Of a DNA stretch of 43,443 nucleotides, positions 16,918 to 26,068 are shown in pieces. Position 1 is the stretch's first letter. Each line of letters opens with the position of its first letter. Below the pieces are notes generated by a model. That model saw nothing but the letters and a program-made list of their open reading frames with translations. It was not told the DNA's origin and did no database searches. The position numbers and the translations under genes were made by a program. The stretch is taken from NCBI GenBank assembly GCA_051005375.1, contig JBPCJK010000062.1, positions 1-43,443 on the forward strand, read 5' to 3'. Source of the stretch: Acidimicrobiales bacterium. Its GTDB lineage: Bacteria > Actinomycetota > Acidimicrobiia > Acidimicrobiales > CADCSY01.

Positions 16918-18873
16918 ATGCCTTCCCTGTGGCCCCAGCTCGAGCCCTTGTTGACCAAGGTGCAAAAGCCGGCCCGTTACATCGGCTGCGAGGACGGCTC
17001 CCAGGTCCCCGTCCACGCCGCTCACAAGGTGGCGTGGCTGCTGGCCTATCCCGACACCTATGAGATCGGTCTACCCAACCAGGGCCTGCAGATCCTCTAC
17101 GAGATCCTCAATGAGCGCGCTGATGCCGTGGCCGAGCGCACCTACGCCCCGTGGACCGACCTCGAGACCCTGCTGCGAGCACGGGGCTTGCCGCTCTTCT
17201 CGGTCGACAGCCATCGCCCGGCCAGCGACTTCGACGTGCTCGCCTTCAACCTGTCGGCCGAGCTCGTCTACACCAACGTGCTGAACTGCATCGACCTGGC
17301 TGGCGTGCCGGTGCGGGCCGAGGCCCGGGACCCCGAGCACCCCCTCATCGGCGCAGGAGGTCACTGCACTTACAACCCCGAGCCCCTGGCCGACTTTATC
17401 GACTTCTTCGTCCTCGGTGATGGCGAGGAGGTGGTCTCCGAGATCACCGAGCGGGTGGGGGAGTGGAAGGCGGGAGGGCGGACCGCGGGATCCCGCCAGC
17501 GCATCCTCCACGACCTGTCCACCCTGGCCGGGGTCTACGTCCCGTCCATGTACGAGGTGGCCTACGACGGTGGCCGTGTGGTGGCTGTCACCCCCCGGTT
17601 CCCCGATGTCCCCGCGCGGGTCGAGAAGCGCACCATCGCCGATCTGGGTGCCTGGCCCTATCCCAGGCGTCAGCTGGTGCCGCTCACCGAGGTGGTCCAC
17701 GACCGCCTCAACGTGGAGGTGTTCCGAGGCTGCACCCGGGGCTGTCGCTTCTGCCAGGCCGGAATGATCACCCGCCCCGTCCGGGAGCGGCCCGAGGCCC
17801 AGGTCCGACGAATGGTGGGCGACGGGTTGCGGCGGACCGGCTACGACGAGGTCGCCCTCACGTCGCTGTCCACTGCCGACTTCAGCGGCATAGAGCGGGT
17901 GGTGGCCGACACTGTCGACGACCCCACCAACTGCGGCCAGGTGTCGGTCTCCTTGCCCTCGCTGCGGGTCGACGCCTTCACCGTTGGCATCGCCGCCGAG
18001 CTCCAGAAAGCCCGGCGCACCGGGCTCACCTTCGCCCCCGAGGCCGGGACGTGGCGGATGCGTCAGGTCATCAACAAGCTCATCCGCGAAGAAGACCTGT
18101 ACGGCGCGGTGGAGTCGGCCTACTCCCAGGGCTGGCGTCGCATGAAGCTCTACTTCATGACCGGCCTGCCCACCGAGACCGACGTGGACACCCTCGGTAT
18201 CGCCGAGCTGGCCCGCAACTGCGTGGAGGTCGGCCGGCGCCACACCAAGGGGGCGTCGGTCACCGTCTCGGTAGGTGGCTTCGTCCCCAAACCGTTCACC
18301 CCTTTCCAGTGGTTCGGGCAGAACACCGCCGCTGAGCTGCAACGCAAGATGTGGCTGCTGCGCGACTCGCTGCGCCGCGACCGGGGAGTGCAGTTCAAGT
18401 GGCACGATCCCAAGGCCACCCTGGCCGAGGGCATCGCCAGCCGTGGCGACCGCCGGCTGGGCCCGGTGATCGAGCAGGTGTGGCGCAGCGGCGGCACCTT
18501 CCAGGAGTGGTCCGAGCACTTCGATCTGGCCCTGTGGGAAGACGCCATCGCCGCCCACGGACTCTCTGTCGACGACATCGTGTACCGCCACCGCCACCAC
18601 GACGAGGTCCTGCCCTGGGACCACATCTCCGCCGGGCTGCACAAGGACTTCCTCTGGCAGGACTGGCGCGATGCCCTCGACGAGGTCGGCCTGGAGGACT
18701 GCCGCTGGACGCCCTGCTACGACTGCGGCGCCTGCACCGGCTACAGCATCGAGCATGTGGTCGCCTCGGCCACCCCACCCGCCGGCGGCAGCCAGGGGAC
18801 CGGCCAGGACCGGGGAGTCGGTGGCGCCGTTCCCGTGCGGCTCCTGTCTAGAAGTGGTCAGGGCTCGCCGTGA
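16918..18873 (+). CDS. radical SAM protein, TIGR03960-like (B12-binding-like N-domain)
   Basis: CxxxCxxC cluster motif CTRGCRFCQAG is present. The N-terminus KPARYIGCEDGS is typical of this family. It is followed by a TIGR03936-like gene. Confidence 0.85.
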   Translation: MPSLWPQLEPLLTKVQKPARYIGCEDGSQVPVHAAHKVAWLLAYPDTYEIGLPNQGLQILYEILNERADAVAERTYAPWTDLETLLRARGLPLFSVDSHRPASDFDVLAFNLSAELVYTNVLNCIDLAGVPVRAEARDPEHPLIGAGGHCTYNPEPLADFIDFFVLGDGEEVVSEITERVGEWKAGGRTAGSRQRILHDLSTLAGVYVPSMYEVAYDGGRVVAVTPRFPDVPARVEKRTIADLGAWPYPRRQLVPLTEVVHDRLNVEVFRGCTRGCRFCQAGMITRPVRERPEAQVRRMVGDGLRRTGYDEVALTSLSTADFSGIERVVADTVDDPTNCGQVSVSLPSLRVDAFTVGIAAELQKARRTGLTFAPEAGTWRMRQVINKLIREEDLYGAVESAYSQGWRRMKLYFMTGLPTETDVDTLGIAELARNCVEVGRRHTKGASVTVSVGGFVPKPFTPFQWFGQNTAAELQRKMWLLRDSLRRDRGVQFKWHDPKATLAEGIASRGDRRLGPVIEQVWRSGGTFQEWSEHFDLALWEDAIAAHGLSVDDIVYRHRHHDEVLPWDHISAGLHKDFLWQDWRDALDEVGLEDCRWTPCYDCGACTGYSIEHVVASATPPAGGSQGTGQDRGVGGAVPVRLLSRSGQGSP

Positions 18874-18949
18874 GCCGGCGGCCGATAGGTGCGGCCGGAG
18901 GGGCGTGGAGCCCGTCGGCGTGGAGGCAGTCGGCGAGGAGGTCGTCGTT

Positions 18950-19768
18950 GTGAGGGTCCGGCTGCGCTTCGCCAAGTTGGGCAGAGTTCGCTTCACCAGC
19001 CACCGTGATGTCGTGCGGATGTGGGAACGGGCGCTGCGCCGGGCCCGTCTTCCCGTCGTCTACACTGCCGGCTTCTCCCCCCGCCCCAAGCTGTCGTTCG
19101 GTCTGGCCTTGTCGACTGGGCACGAGTCGCTGGCCGAGTACCTCGACGTCGATCTGGCCGGCTCTGCCGCCGATGATCCCGCCCATGAGCTCACCGCTGC
19201 TGGCGCACCCGATGTGGCCGACCTTCCCGAGCGGCTCTCCAAGGAGCTTCCGGTCGGGATCGACGTCCTCGCCGCCGGGTTCGTCCAGGCTGGCCAGGTG
19301 TCGCTTCAAGAGGCCGTCCGCTCCTGCACGTGGCGCATCGAGGCGCTCGACCTCGATCCTGACGCCGCTGAGGAGCTGGTCGTCGCCGCCAGGTCGGCCG
19401 AGACCCTGTTCGTCACCCGCCAACGAAAGGGCCGCGACGTCACCGATGATCTCCGGCCCGCAGTCCTGTCTGTCGCCGTGAACGGGAGCACCCCGGTCGG
19501 CACCGAGCTCGAGGCCGAGCTGGCCGTGCACCCTCGCAGTGTGCGCCCAGGAGAGTTGCTCCGCGCCCTCGCCCCGGGGCTGGAGGAGGGAAGGGTGGTC
19601 AGGACGGCCCAATGGATCTGGCGCGACGGCGAGCGAGGAGAGCCGCTCGTTGCTGCGGCCGACCTCGATGCCACCCGCGCCCCGCACGCGCCGCCGCGCG
19701 CCAGTCGAAGGGACCAGCAGCATGCCCGAACCCGCACCCGATCTCCCGATGCCGGCCTCCACCAGTAG
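18950..19768 (+). CDS. radical-SAM-linked protein, TIGR03936/DUF2344-like
   Basis: RVRLRFAKLGRVRFTSHRDVVRMWERALRRARLPVVYTAGFSPRPKLSFGLALSTG matches the family N-terminus. The start could be GTG 18905, 18920 or 18950. The 3' end overlaps the likely rne start. Confidence 0.75.
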   Translation: MRVRLRFAKLGRVRFTSHRDVVRMWERALRRARLPVVYTAGFSPRPKLSFGLALSTGHESLAEYLDVDLAGSAADDPAHELTAAGAPDVADLPERLSKELPVGIDVLAAGFVQAGQVSLQEAVRSCTWRIEALDLDPDAAEELVVAARSAETLFVTRQRKGRDVTDDLRPAVLSVAVNGSTPVGTELEAELAVHPRSVRPGELLRALAPGLEEGRVVRTAQWIWRDGERGEPLVAAADLDATRAPHAPPRASRRDQQHARTRTRSPDAGLHQ

Positions 19769-21611
19769 CCAGCCCCCCTCGACCAGGAGCCCGGCCTCGA
19801 CCGAAGGGCCGTCCTCGACCGGCGAGCCGCCCTCGACCGAGGTGGCTCCGGCATCCTCCCCGCCCCCGCCTCCTTCTGAGCGTCCTCCTACCCCGGCTCC
19901 TGAGGTGACCCCTGCTGACCAGCCCGGGGGTTCTCGTCGACGTCGTGGCCCTCGGGCCGGACGCCCCGGCAGCCCTCTCGCTTCGCCCAGCCCCAGATCG
20001 GACCTCGAGCTCGGCCGGGACCATCGCCCGGTGGAGGACCGGTTGCCCGACGAGCTTCCCGAGCGGCTGCGGGAGAACACTGCGTCGGCGGAGGCAGCCG
20101 AGAAGGCGCTGGTCCCCCGCAAGCCCCAGATTGGCGACACCCTTCCCGCTGCTGGCCTCCCGCCTCGGGCATCCCGGTTCCATCGCAGTGCCGCCGCCTC
20201 CGGAGGCGTGGAGGCTGTCGCCCATACCGGTCGTCGCCGACGAGGTCGGGGTGGCGGGGGAGGCGGCGAGGAGCGGGCGGAGGACGTCTCCACCACCGAA
20301 CTCGATGCCAAGGCGTTGGAGCAGCGACGGGGGCGGGAGCGCAACGGCCGACCGGTGGGCCGTTACCTCATGTGCGTCCACGCTGGCGCCAGGTCGACCC
20401 AGATCGCCGTGCTCGAAGGCAGGATGCTCATCGAGCACTACGTTGCCCACTACGACGACTCCCAGATCCACGGCAACGTCTACCTGGGACGGGTCCAGAA
20501 CGTGCTCCCGGGGATGGAAGCGGCGTTCGTGGAGATCGGTACCCCCAAGAACGCCGTCCTTTACCGAGGCGATCTCCAGTACGACGCCGAGGATGTCGAG
20601 GAGGGAGGCAAACCGCGCATCGAGCAGATCCTGCGAGCTCGCCAGTCGCTGATCTGCCAGGTGACCAAGAACCCCATCGGCCACAAGGGGGCGCGCCTCA
20701 CCGGCGAGGTCTCGCTGCCGGGCCGCTTCGTGGTGCTGATCCCGAACTCGGCGACCTACGGCATCTCCAAGCGCCTATCGGACCAGGAGCGCAAGCGGCT
20801 TCGAGCCGTTCTCGACCAGGTCAAGCCGACCGACCACGGGGTGATCGTGCGCACCGCCGCCGTGGGCGCCACCACCGGTGAGCTCCAGCGCGACGTCGGT
20901 CACCTCTTGCGCCAGTGGGAGCGCATCCAGGGCCTGGCTGCTTCCGCCCACGCCCCCGCCCTGTTGTACGGCGAGCCCACCATGGCCGTGCGGGTCATCC
21001 GCGAGGAGTTCAACCCGTCGTATCGGGGAGTGCTGATCGATGACCGGTCGCTGTACGAGGAGGTGCACGGCTATGTCGCCTCTATCGCCCCAGAGCTGTC
21101 GGACCGGGTGGAGCACTACGACCTCGACGTCGAGCCGCTTCCGCTGTTCGAGCGCCATCACGTCCACGAACAGCTGCACAAGGCCCTCGACCGCAAGGTG
21201 TGGCTCCCGTCGGGAGGCTCCCTCATCATCGAGCGCACCGAGGCACTCACCGTCATCGACGTCAACACCGGGCGCAACGTAGGTCGTACCAGCCTGGAGG
21301 AGACCGTCTACCGCAACAATCTGGAGGCGGCCCAGGAGATCGCCCGCCAGCTCCGCCTCAGGGACATCGGGGGCATCATCGTCATCGACTTCATCGACAT
21401 GGAGGTCAAGGACAACCGTGACGACCTCATGCGGGTGTTCCGCGAGGCGCTGTCGCGTGACAAGACCCGCACCCAGGTGTTCGAGGTCTCCGAGCTGGGC
21501 CTGGTGCAGATGACCCGCAAGCGCATCGGTGAGGGGCTGTTGGAATCGCTGTCCAGCACCTGTCCCACGTGCAACGGGCGGGGCGTCCTCATCGGCGAGA
21601 GCCTGGAGTAG
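19722..21611 (+). CDS. rne: ribonuclease E/G family (RNase E-like with a disordered N-terminal extension)
   Basis: An S1-like domain precedes the catalytic core (GRFVVLIPNS, ALTVIDVNTGR, IIVIDFIDM). The Zn-link CPTCNGRG is present. About 210 N-terminal residues are Pro/Ser/Arg-rich. The start is uncertain. Confidence 0.9.
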   Translation: MPEPAPDLPMPASTSSQPPSTRSPASTEGPSSTGEPPSTEVAPASSPPPPPSERPPTPAPEVTPADQPGGSRRRRGPRAGRPGSPLASPSPRSDLELGRDHRPVEDRLPDELPERLRENTASAEAAEKALVPRKPQIGDTLPAAGLPPRASRFHRSAAASGGVEAVAHTGRRRRGRGGGGGGEERAEDVSTTELDAKALEQRRGRERNGRPVGRYLMCVHAGARSTQIAVLEGRMLIEHYVAHYDDSQIHGNVYLGRVQNVLPGMEAAFVEIGTPKNAVLYRGDLQYDAEDVEEGGKPRIEQILRARQSLICQVTKNPIGHKGARLTGEVSLPGRFVVLIPNSATYGISKRLSDQERKRLRAVLDQVKPTDHGVIVRTAAVGATTGELQRDVGHLLRQWERIQGLAASAHAPALLYGEPTMAVRVIREEFNPSYRGVLIDDRSLYEEVHGYVASIAPELSDRVEHYDLDVEPLPLFERHHVHEQLHKALDRKVWLPSGGSLIIERTEALTVIDVNTGRNVGRTSLEETVYRNNLEAAQEIARQLRLRDIGGIIVIDFIDMEVKDNRDDLMRVFREALSRDKTRTQVFEVSELGLVQMTRKRIGEGLLESLSSTCPTCNGRGVLIGESLE

Positions 21612-21690
21612 GCGGGATGGTCGGGCCCTTGGCCTCCCCCAAGCGTCCCGTCGTCGGGGGCTCCCTCGCCAACCGCTATCGTGGAGCCTC

Positions 21691-22014
21691 ATGTACGCCG
21701 TGATCAAGACCGGGGGCAAGCAGTCCAGGGTGGCGGAGGGCCAGCGACTCGACGTGGAGCTGTTGGGCACCGACCTGGGCGAGGAGGTCCGCTTCACCCC
21801 GGTGTTGCTGGTTGAGGGGTCGACCGTGGTCGCCACGCCGTCAGAGCTGGCCGGGGCTTCCGTTGCCGCCCGGGTGGTGGGCGCCGCCAAGGGGCCCAAG
21901 GTCCGGGGCTTCACCTACAAGAACAAGAGCAACCAGCGCCGGCACTGGGGCCACCGCCAGCACTACTCGACCATCGAGATCACCGAGATCACCGGCACCT
22001 CCAAGGGGAGCTGA
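21691..22014 (+). CDS. rplU: 50S ribosomal protein L21
   Basis: [14 protein letters not shown] is the canonical N-terminus. Length is 107 aa. Confidence 0.95.
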   Translation: MYAVIKTGGKQSRVAEGQRLDVELLGTDLGEEVRFTPVLLVEGSTVVATPSELAGASVAARVVGAAKGPKVRGFTYKNKSNQRRHWGHRQHYSTIEITEITGTSKGS

Positions 22015-22015
22015 C

Positions 22016-22297
22016 ATGTCCAAGACCAAGGGTGGAGGCTCCACCCGCAACGGCCGCGACTCTCCCGGGCAGCGGCTCGGGGTAAAGATGTACGACGGCC
22101 AGGTCATCAAGGCCGGCGCCATCATCGTGCGCCAGCGGGGCACTCGGTTCCATCCCGGCGAGAACGTGGGCCGGGGCAGCGATGACACGCTGTTCGCCAC
22201 CGCTCCCGGACTGGTTAAGTTCGGGTCTCGCAAGGGTCGCAAGCTCGTCGACGTCCTGCCCGCCGGTGACGGCGCCGTCCCTGCGGCCAGGGCCTGA
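22016..22297 (+). CDS. rpmA: 50S ribosomal protein L27
   Basis: [20 protein letters not shown] and [10 protein letters not shown] are present. Length is 93 aa. It lies directly after rplU. Confidence 0.95.
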   Translation: MSKTKGGGSTRNGRDSPGQRLGVKMYDGQVIKAGAIIVRQRGTRFHPGENVGRGSDDTLFATAPGLVKFGSRKGRKLVDVLPAGDGAVPAARA

Positions 22298-22298
22298 C

Positions 22299-23381
22299 TC
22301 ACACCCCCTTTGGCAGGGCTGAGCGGTCCCAGCCGAGGTGCTCGACGGCGAGGTCCATGGCGAAGCGATCGGTCATCCCGCTCACGTAGCGGACCGCCTC
22401 GGCCATGGCCTCGGGGCTGCCCGGCGCCGGAGCATGGCTATCACCCGGTTGGCGCGGGTGGGCGATGAACCACTCGGTGAGCGAGCGCAGCAGGCGTATG
22501 ACCCGGCGGGCCTGCTCGGCTGATTCTGGGCGCAGGTAGATCCGCTCGTAGTTGAAGCGTCGCAGCGCCGCCAGGGCGCTGGCTTCGGGCTGGCGCAGGG
22601 ACACGGCGCCGGTGTCGGCGATAGTGGCCAACACGGCGTGGATGAACGCCCCCAACTGGCGGGAACGGCTCCTGCCCACCACCTCGGCCACCTCGTCGGG
22701 CAGGTCGTCGGGCGCCACGATGCCGGCGTCGACGGCGTCCTCAAAGTCGTGGCAGACGTAGGCGATCCGATCGGCCCAGGCCACGACCTCGCCCTCGGCG
22801 GTGGCCGGGGCCGGCCGGTTCCAGGAGTGGTTGCGGACAGCGTCGAGGGTCTCGACGCACAGGTTGAGCGGGGCCAGCACCACGTCGGCGCCGTAGACGG
22901 CGTGGTGGTAGCCCTTGGGGGTGAAGCTCGACAGCGCCTCCTCGCTGGCGTGGCCGGCGGGGCCGTGGCCACAGTCGTGAGCCATGGCGGCGGCGGTGGT
23001 CAGGCTCACATTGAGCCCGGCGCTCCGAGCGATGGAGGCCGCCACCTGCGCTACCTCGATGGCGTGGGTCAGCCGGGTGCGGAGGTGGTCGTCGACGGGG
23101 GCGATGAACACCTGGCACTTTCCAGCCAGGCGGCGGAAGGGCCGGCTGTGCTGGATCCGGTCGAGGTCGCGCTCGAAGCAGGTGCGAAAGCGGTCTGGCG
23201 CCTCCGGTGCTGCCCGGCGGCCGGCTCCGATCGCTCGGGTCGCCCCCGTGGCCAGCTCAGCGTCCTCAGCATCCTCACGGCCGGCCCGCTCGACCAGGCG
23301 CAGGGGTGCGTTCCCCACCGGCGCAGCCCGGTGGGCGACCTCCGCCGGAGCCAGACGGGTCGTCGGGAGGGTCCGGTCCAC
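22299..23381 (-). CDS. dGTP triphosphohydrolase-like HD-domain protein
   Basis: FERDLDRIQHSRPFRRLAGKCQVF, RTRLTHAIEVAQVA and the HD motif AHDCGHGPAGH are present. It is convergent with rpmA (1-nt gap) and divergent from obg. Confidence 0.85.
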   Translation of the reverse strand: MDRTLPTTRLAPAEVAHRAAPVGNAPLRLVERAGREDAEDAELATGATRAIGAGRRAAPEAPDRFRTCFERDLDRIQHSRPFRRLAGKCQVFIAPVDDHLRTRLTHAIEVAQVAASIARSAGLNVSLTTAAAMAHDCGHGPAGHASEEALSSFTPKGYHHAVYGADVVLAPLNLCVETLDAVRNHSWNRPAPATAEGEVVAWADRIAYVCHDFEDAVDAGIVAPDDLPDEVAEVVGRSRSRQLGAFIHAVLATIADTGAVSLRQPEASALAALRRFNYERIYLRPESAEQARRVIRLLRSLTEWFIAHPRQPGDSHAPAPGSPEAMAEAVRYVSGMTDRFAMDLAVEHLGWDRSALPKGV

Positions 23382-23446
23382 CGGGCCAACCTACTCAGGG
23401 ACTGCGACAGCTACGCCGGTGCGTTGGTCGCCGTATCCTCGGCCCG

Positions 23447-24691
23447 ATGTCGGGGTTTGTGGACGAGAGCGGGCTGCACGTCAAAGGCGGCGACGGTGGC
23501 GCCGGTACGGTGTCGTTCCGCCGGGAGGCCCACGTGGCTAGGGGCGGCCCCGACGGCGGTAATGGCGGCGACGGAGGTGACGTGTGGCTGGTCGCCGATC
23601 GCAACGTCGCCTCCCTGCTCGGGTTCCGCGACCATCCCCACCGACGGGCCGGTGACGGCACCCACGGCACCTCAAAGCGTGCCCATGGTCGAGGCGGTGC
23701 TGATCTGGTGGTCTCGGTACCCGAGGGCTCGGTGGTGCGCGACCACGACGGCGTGGTGGTGGCCGACCTCGTGGCCGAAGGCGACCGCTGGTTGGCGGGA
23801 GCCGGGGGCCGGGGCGGCCGGGGTAACGCCTCGTTCCTGTCCAACCGTCGGCGGGCGCCCTCCTTCGCCGAGCAGGGGGAGGTGGGCGAGGAGCGATGGC
23901 TGCGCCTCGAGCTCAAGCTCATGGCCGACGTGGCCCTGGTGGGCCTGCCCAACGCCGGCAAGAGCACGCTCATCTCTGTCATCTCTGCGGCCAAGCCCAA
24001 GATCGCCGCCTATCCCTTCACCACCCTGGAGCCCCACCTCGGTGTGGTTCGCTACGGCGACGTCGAACTGGTGGTGGCCGACATCCCCGGTCTGATCGAG
24101 GGGGCCAGCGAGGGCAGGGGCCTGGGCCATCAGTTCCTGCGCCACGTGGAGAGGGCCCGGGCCCTGCTGGTGCTGGTCGACCTGGCGGCGACCGACGGCA
24201 TGGCGCCCGCCCGTCAGGAAGACGTGCTGCTGTCCGAGCTGGGCCGCTACCGGCCCGAGCTCCTGGAGCGACCCCGGCTCACCGTCGGGTCTAAGTCCGA
24301 TGTCGCTGGAGAGGGCGAAGGTGTCGGTGTCGCTGACTGGGAGGGCGCCCGAATCTCGGCGGTGACCGGCGACGGCGTGCGCTGGCTTCTCGGCCAACTG
24401 GCCCGGCTGGTGGCCGAGGCCCGAGCCGACGTGCCCACTCCTGAGGCCTTTGCCGTGCACCGCCCCTTGGGGGAGGGCTTCCGGGTCGAGCGGGGCGACG
24501 ACGGGTTCGTGGTCGTCGGCCGCCAGGCCGAGCGGGCGGTGGCGGTGAGCGACCTCACCAACCGCGAGGCCCTGGCCTTCGTCCAGGACCGTCTGCGTCG
24601 CCTCGGGGTCGACCGGGCACTGGCCCGAGCCGGCGCCCGAGCGGGCGACACCGTCCGGGTGGGCCTGATGACCTTCGAGTACGAGGAGTAG
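23447..24691 (+). CDS. obg: GTPase Obg
   Basis: The Obg fold has Gly-rich repeats (GGDGGAG, GGNGGDGG). G1 is GLPNAGKST and G3 is DIPGLIEGA. A C-terminal OCT-like domain is present. Confidence 0.95.
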   Translation: MSGFVDESGLHVKGGDGGAGTVSFRREAHVARGGPDGGNGGDGGDVWLVADRNVASLLGFRDHPHRRAGDGTHGTSKRAHGRGGADLVVSVPEGSVVRDHDGVVVADLVAEGDRWLAGAGGRGGRGNASFLSNRRRAPSFAEQGEVGEERWLRLELKLMADVALVGLPNAGKSTLISVISAAKPKIAAYPFTTLEPHLGVVRYGDVELVVADIPGLIEGASEGRGLGHQFLRHVERARALLVLVDLAATDGMAPARQEDVLLSELGRYRPELLERPRLTVGSKSDVAGEGEGVGVADWEGARISAVTGDGVRWLLGQLARLVAEARADVPTPEAFAVHRPLGEGFRVERGDDGFVVVGRQAERAVAVSDLTNREALAFVQDRLRRLGVDRALARAGARAGDTVRVGLMTFEYEE

Positions 24692-24864
24692 GGCGAGCGG
24701 GGCACTCATCCGCGTCGAGCACATCGAAGCCGACCGCGCGGGCGGCACGACCGAGCTCGGCGTCGTGGGTGGCGACATCTACCCCTGGTTCCTGGCCCTG
24801 ATGTTCCGCCCGGTCCACGCTCAGGAGAGGGAGCTCATCGCCACGATCGAGGCCCGCAGTGGCC

Positions 24865-25330
24865 CTACGGGACGATGGCGTCGTCATCCAACCGCGTGGC
24901 AATGAGACGGGCGATCGCCAGCGTGGCGAGTACCGGCAATGCCATCGCGAGCGGCGTCTGCCATGTCCAGTGCAGGGCCGTGGTCGTAGCCAGCGAGTTC
25001 CCGACGCGTGAACGGCGAGTGGCGGGTACAGCGAGCCTGTCCAGTGGTAGAGGAGGCAGAGGACGAACCCGAACATGGCGACGGGGAACAGGACGCCGAT
25101 GGGCAGCCACCCAACATGGGTGGCTGCAAAGCCGACCCCGGTCAAGGTTGCGGCCACCATCACGACGACCAGCACTGCCCGCGACGTGCCCTGGTGGGCC
25201 GCCAACCAGTCGGTGATGTTCGGCCCGTCCTCCTCGGGGCCGAGTATCCCGACCCACGCTGCGGTGAAGACGAAGAGACCCAGCCACGCCGCGACCGCTA
25301 ACCCAGCGGCACGAACCAGCCGTGGGCGCT
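24865..25330 (-). pseudogene. CPBP (CAAX/Abi-type) intramembrane protease remnant
   Basis: One frame gives VGFAATHVGW (FxxxH-like) and FGFVLCLLYHWTGSLYPPLAVHA. A second frame continues VGNSLATTTALHW to a stop at 24865. Joining them recreates HAVGN (the HxxxN motif), so a 1-nt deletion at about 25000..25007 is implied. The EExxxR motif is degenerate (GPEEDGPN). Confidence 0.45.
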
Positions 25331-25537
25331 GGGGCACGCCCGGCGAGAACCATTCCGAAGGTGACGGCAATGGCAGGCCATGCGGTCCACGGTCTCCATC
25401 GAAGGGTGGCACGGTCGAGCCCGATCCCCTGCACGTCGATCCCCTGCACGTCGACGGTCTCCGCTCCGATGTTCGGGGATGCTTCCGCCGGAGATGAAAG
25501 AGCAGTGGCACGCTTCCCGCCGCATCTCTTATCCGCT

Positions 25538-25760
25538 TCATCCGATCGTGGCGACGGTCAAGCCGACTTACTGGGCGGCGGTGAGCAGCGCACGGTCACC
25601 CGAGACTACGACGAGATCCTCCGCCGCCACCCGCACAGCAGCAGCCAGGTGAACCGCGTCGCACGCCCGGAGAGCCTGTGACTGGCGAGATCACCAGCTC
25701 GCCGCTCGAGATCGTCGTCGACGTCGACGAACTCGAGCTGAACCAGGAGTCCGTCCAGGT
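25538..25760 (-). pseudogene. PIN-domain toxin remnant
   Basis: One frame reads LDGLLVQLEFVDVDDDLERRAGDLASHRL. Another reads CDAVHLAAAVRVAAEDLVVVSGDRALLTAAQ-TAA-VGLTVATIG. The DAVHLAAA and xxD motifs are typical of the PIN C-terminal half. There is an in-frame TAA at 25568..25570 and at least one frameshift. Confidence 0.5.
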
Positions 25761-26068
25761 CACGTACCGATGCTCGAGGGTGGGCCGTGGAGATCCTGCC
25801 AGCCGGCGATCAACGTCGCTGTTCGGGCGATGAGATCCGAGACGGTGCCAGGGGTCTTGAGCGGCTTGGGTCGACTCCGGATCCGTCTCTTCGCCGGCGT
25901 GACCTTGCCCTCGCGGATGAGACGGTCGATGGACCGCTCACCGCTCATCGGGAGGACCCGAGCGATCGCCCGTCCGCGATCGGTGACGAAGACCTACTCG
26001 CCTGCCTGCACGCGAGCGAGGAATTGACTCAGGTGGTCTCGTAGCTCACGGATCCCGGCTTCGGCTAT
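25760..26068 (-). pseudogene. Phd/YefM-like antitoxin remnant (copy 2)
   Basis: It reads (ATA)AEAGIRELRDHLSQFLARVQAGE-TAG-VFVTDRGRAIARVLP...SIDRLIREGKVTPAKRR. There is no ATG/GTG start (ATA at 26066..26068). An in-frame TAG lies at 25994..25996. Confidence 0.55.

Noticed and set aside
24700-24870. A possible third PIN fragment (LLSVDRAEHQGQEPGVDVATHDAELGRAARAVGFDVL) lies on the minus strand just after obg.
   Set aside because: Only about 35 residues resemble a PIN C-terminus. There is no N-terminal half and no stop until deep inside obg antisense sequence. This is too short to call without an HMM score, so I mention it only as part of the decayed region.
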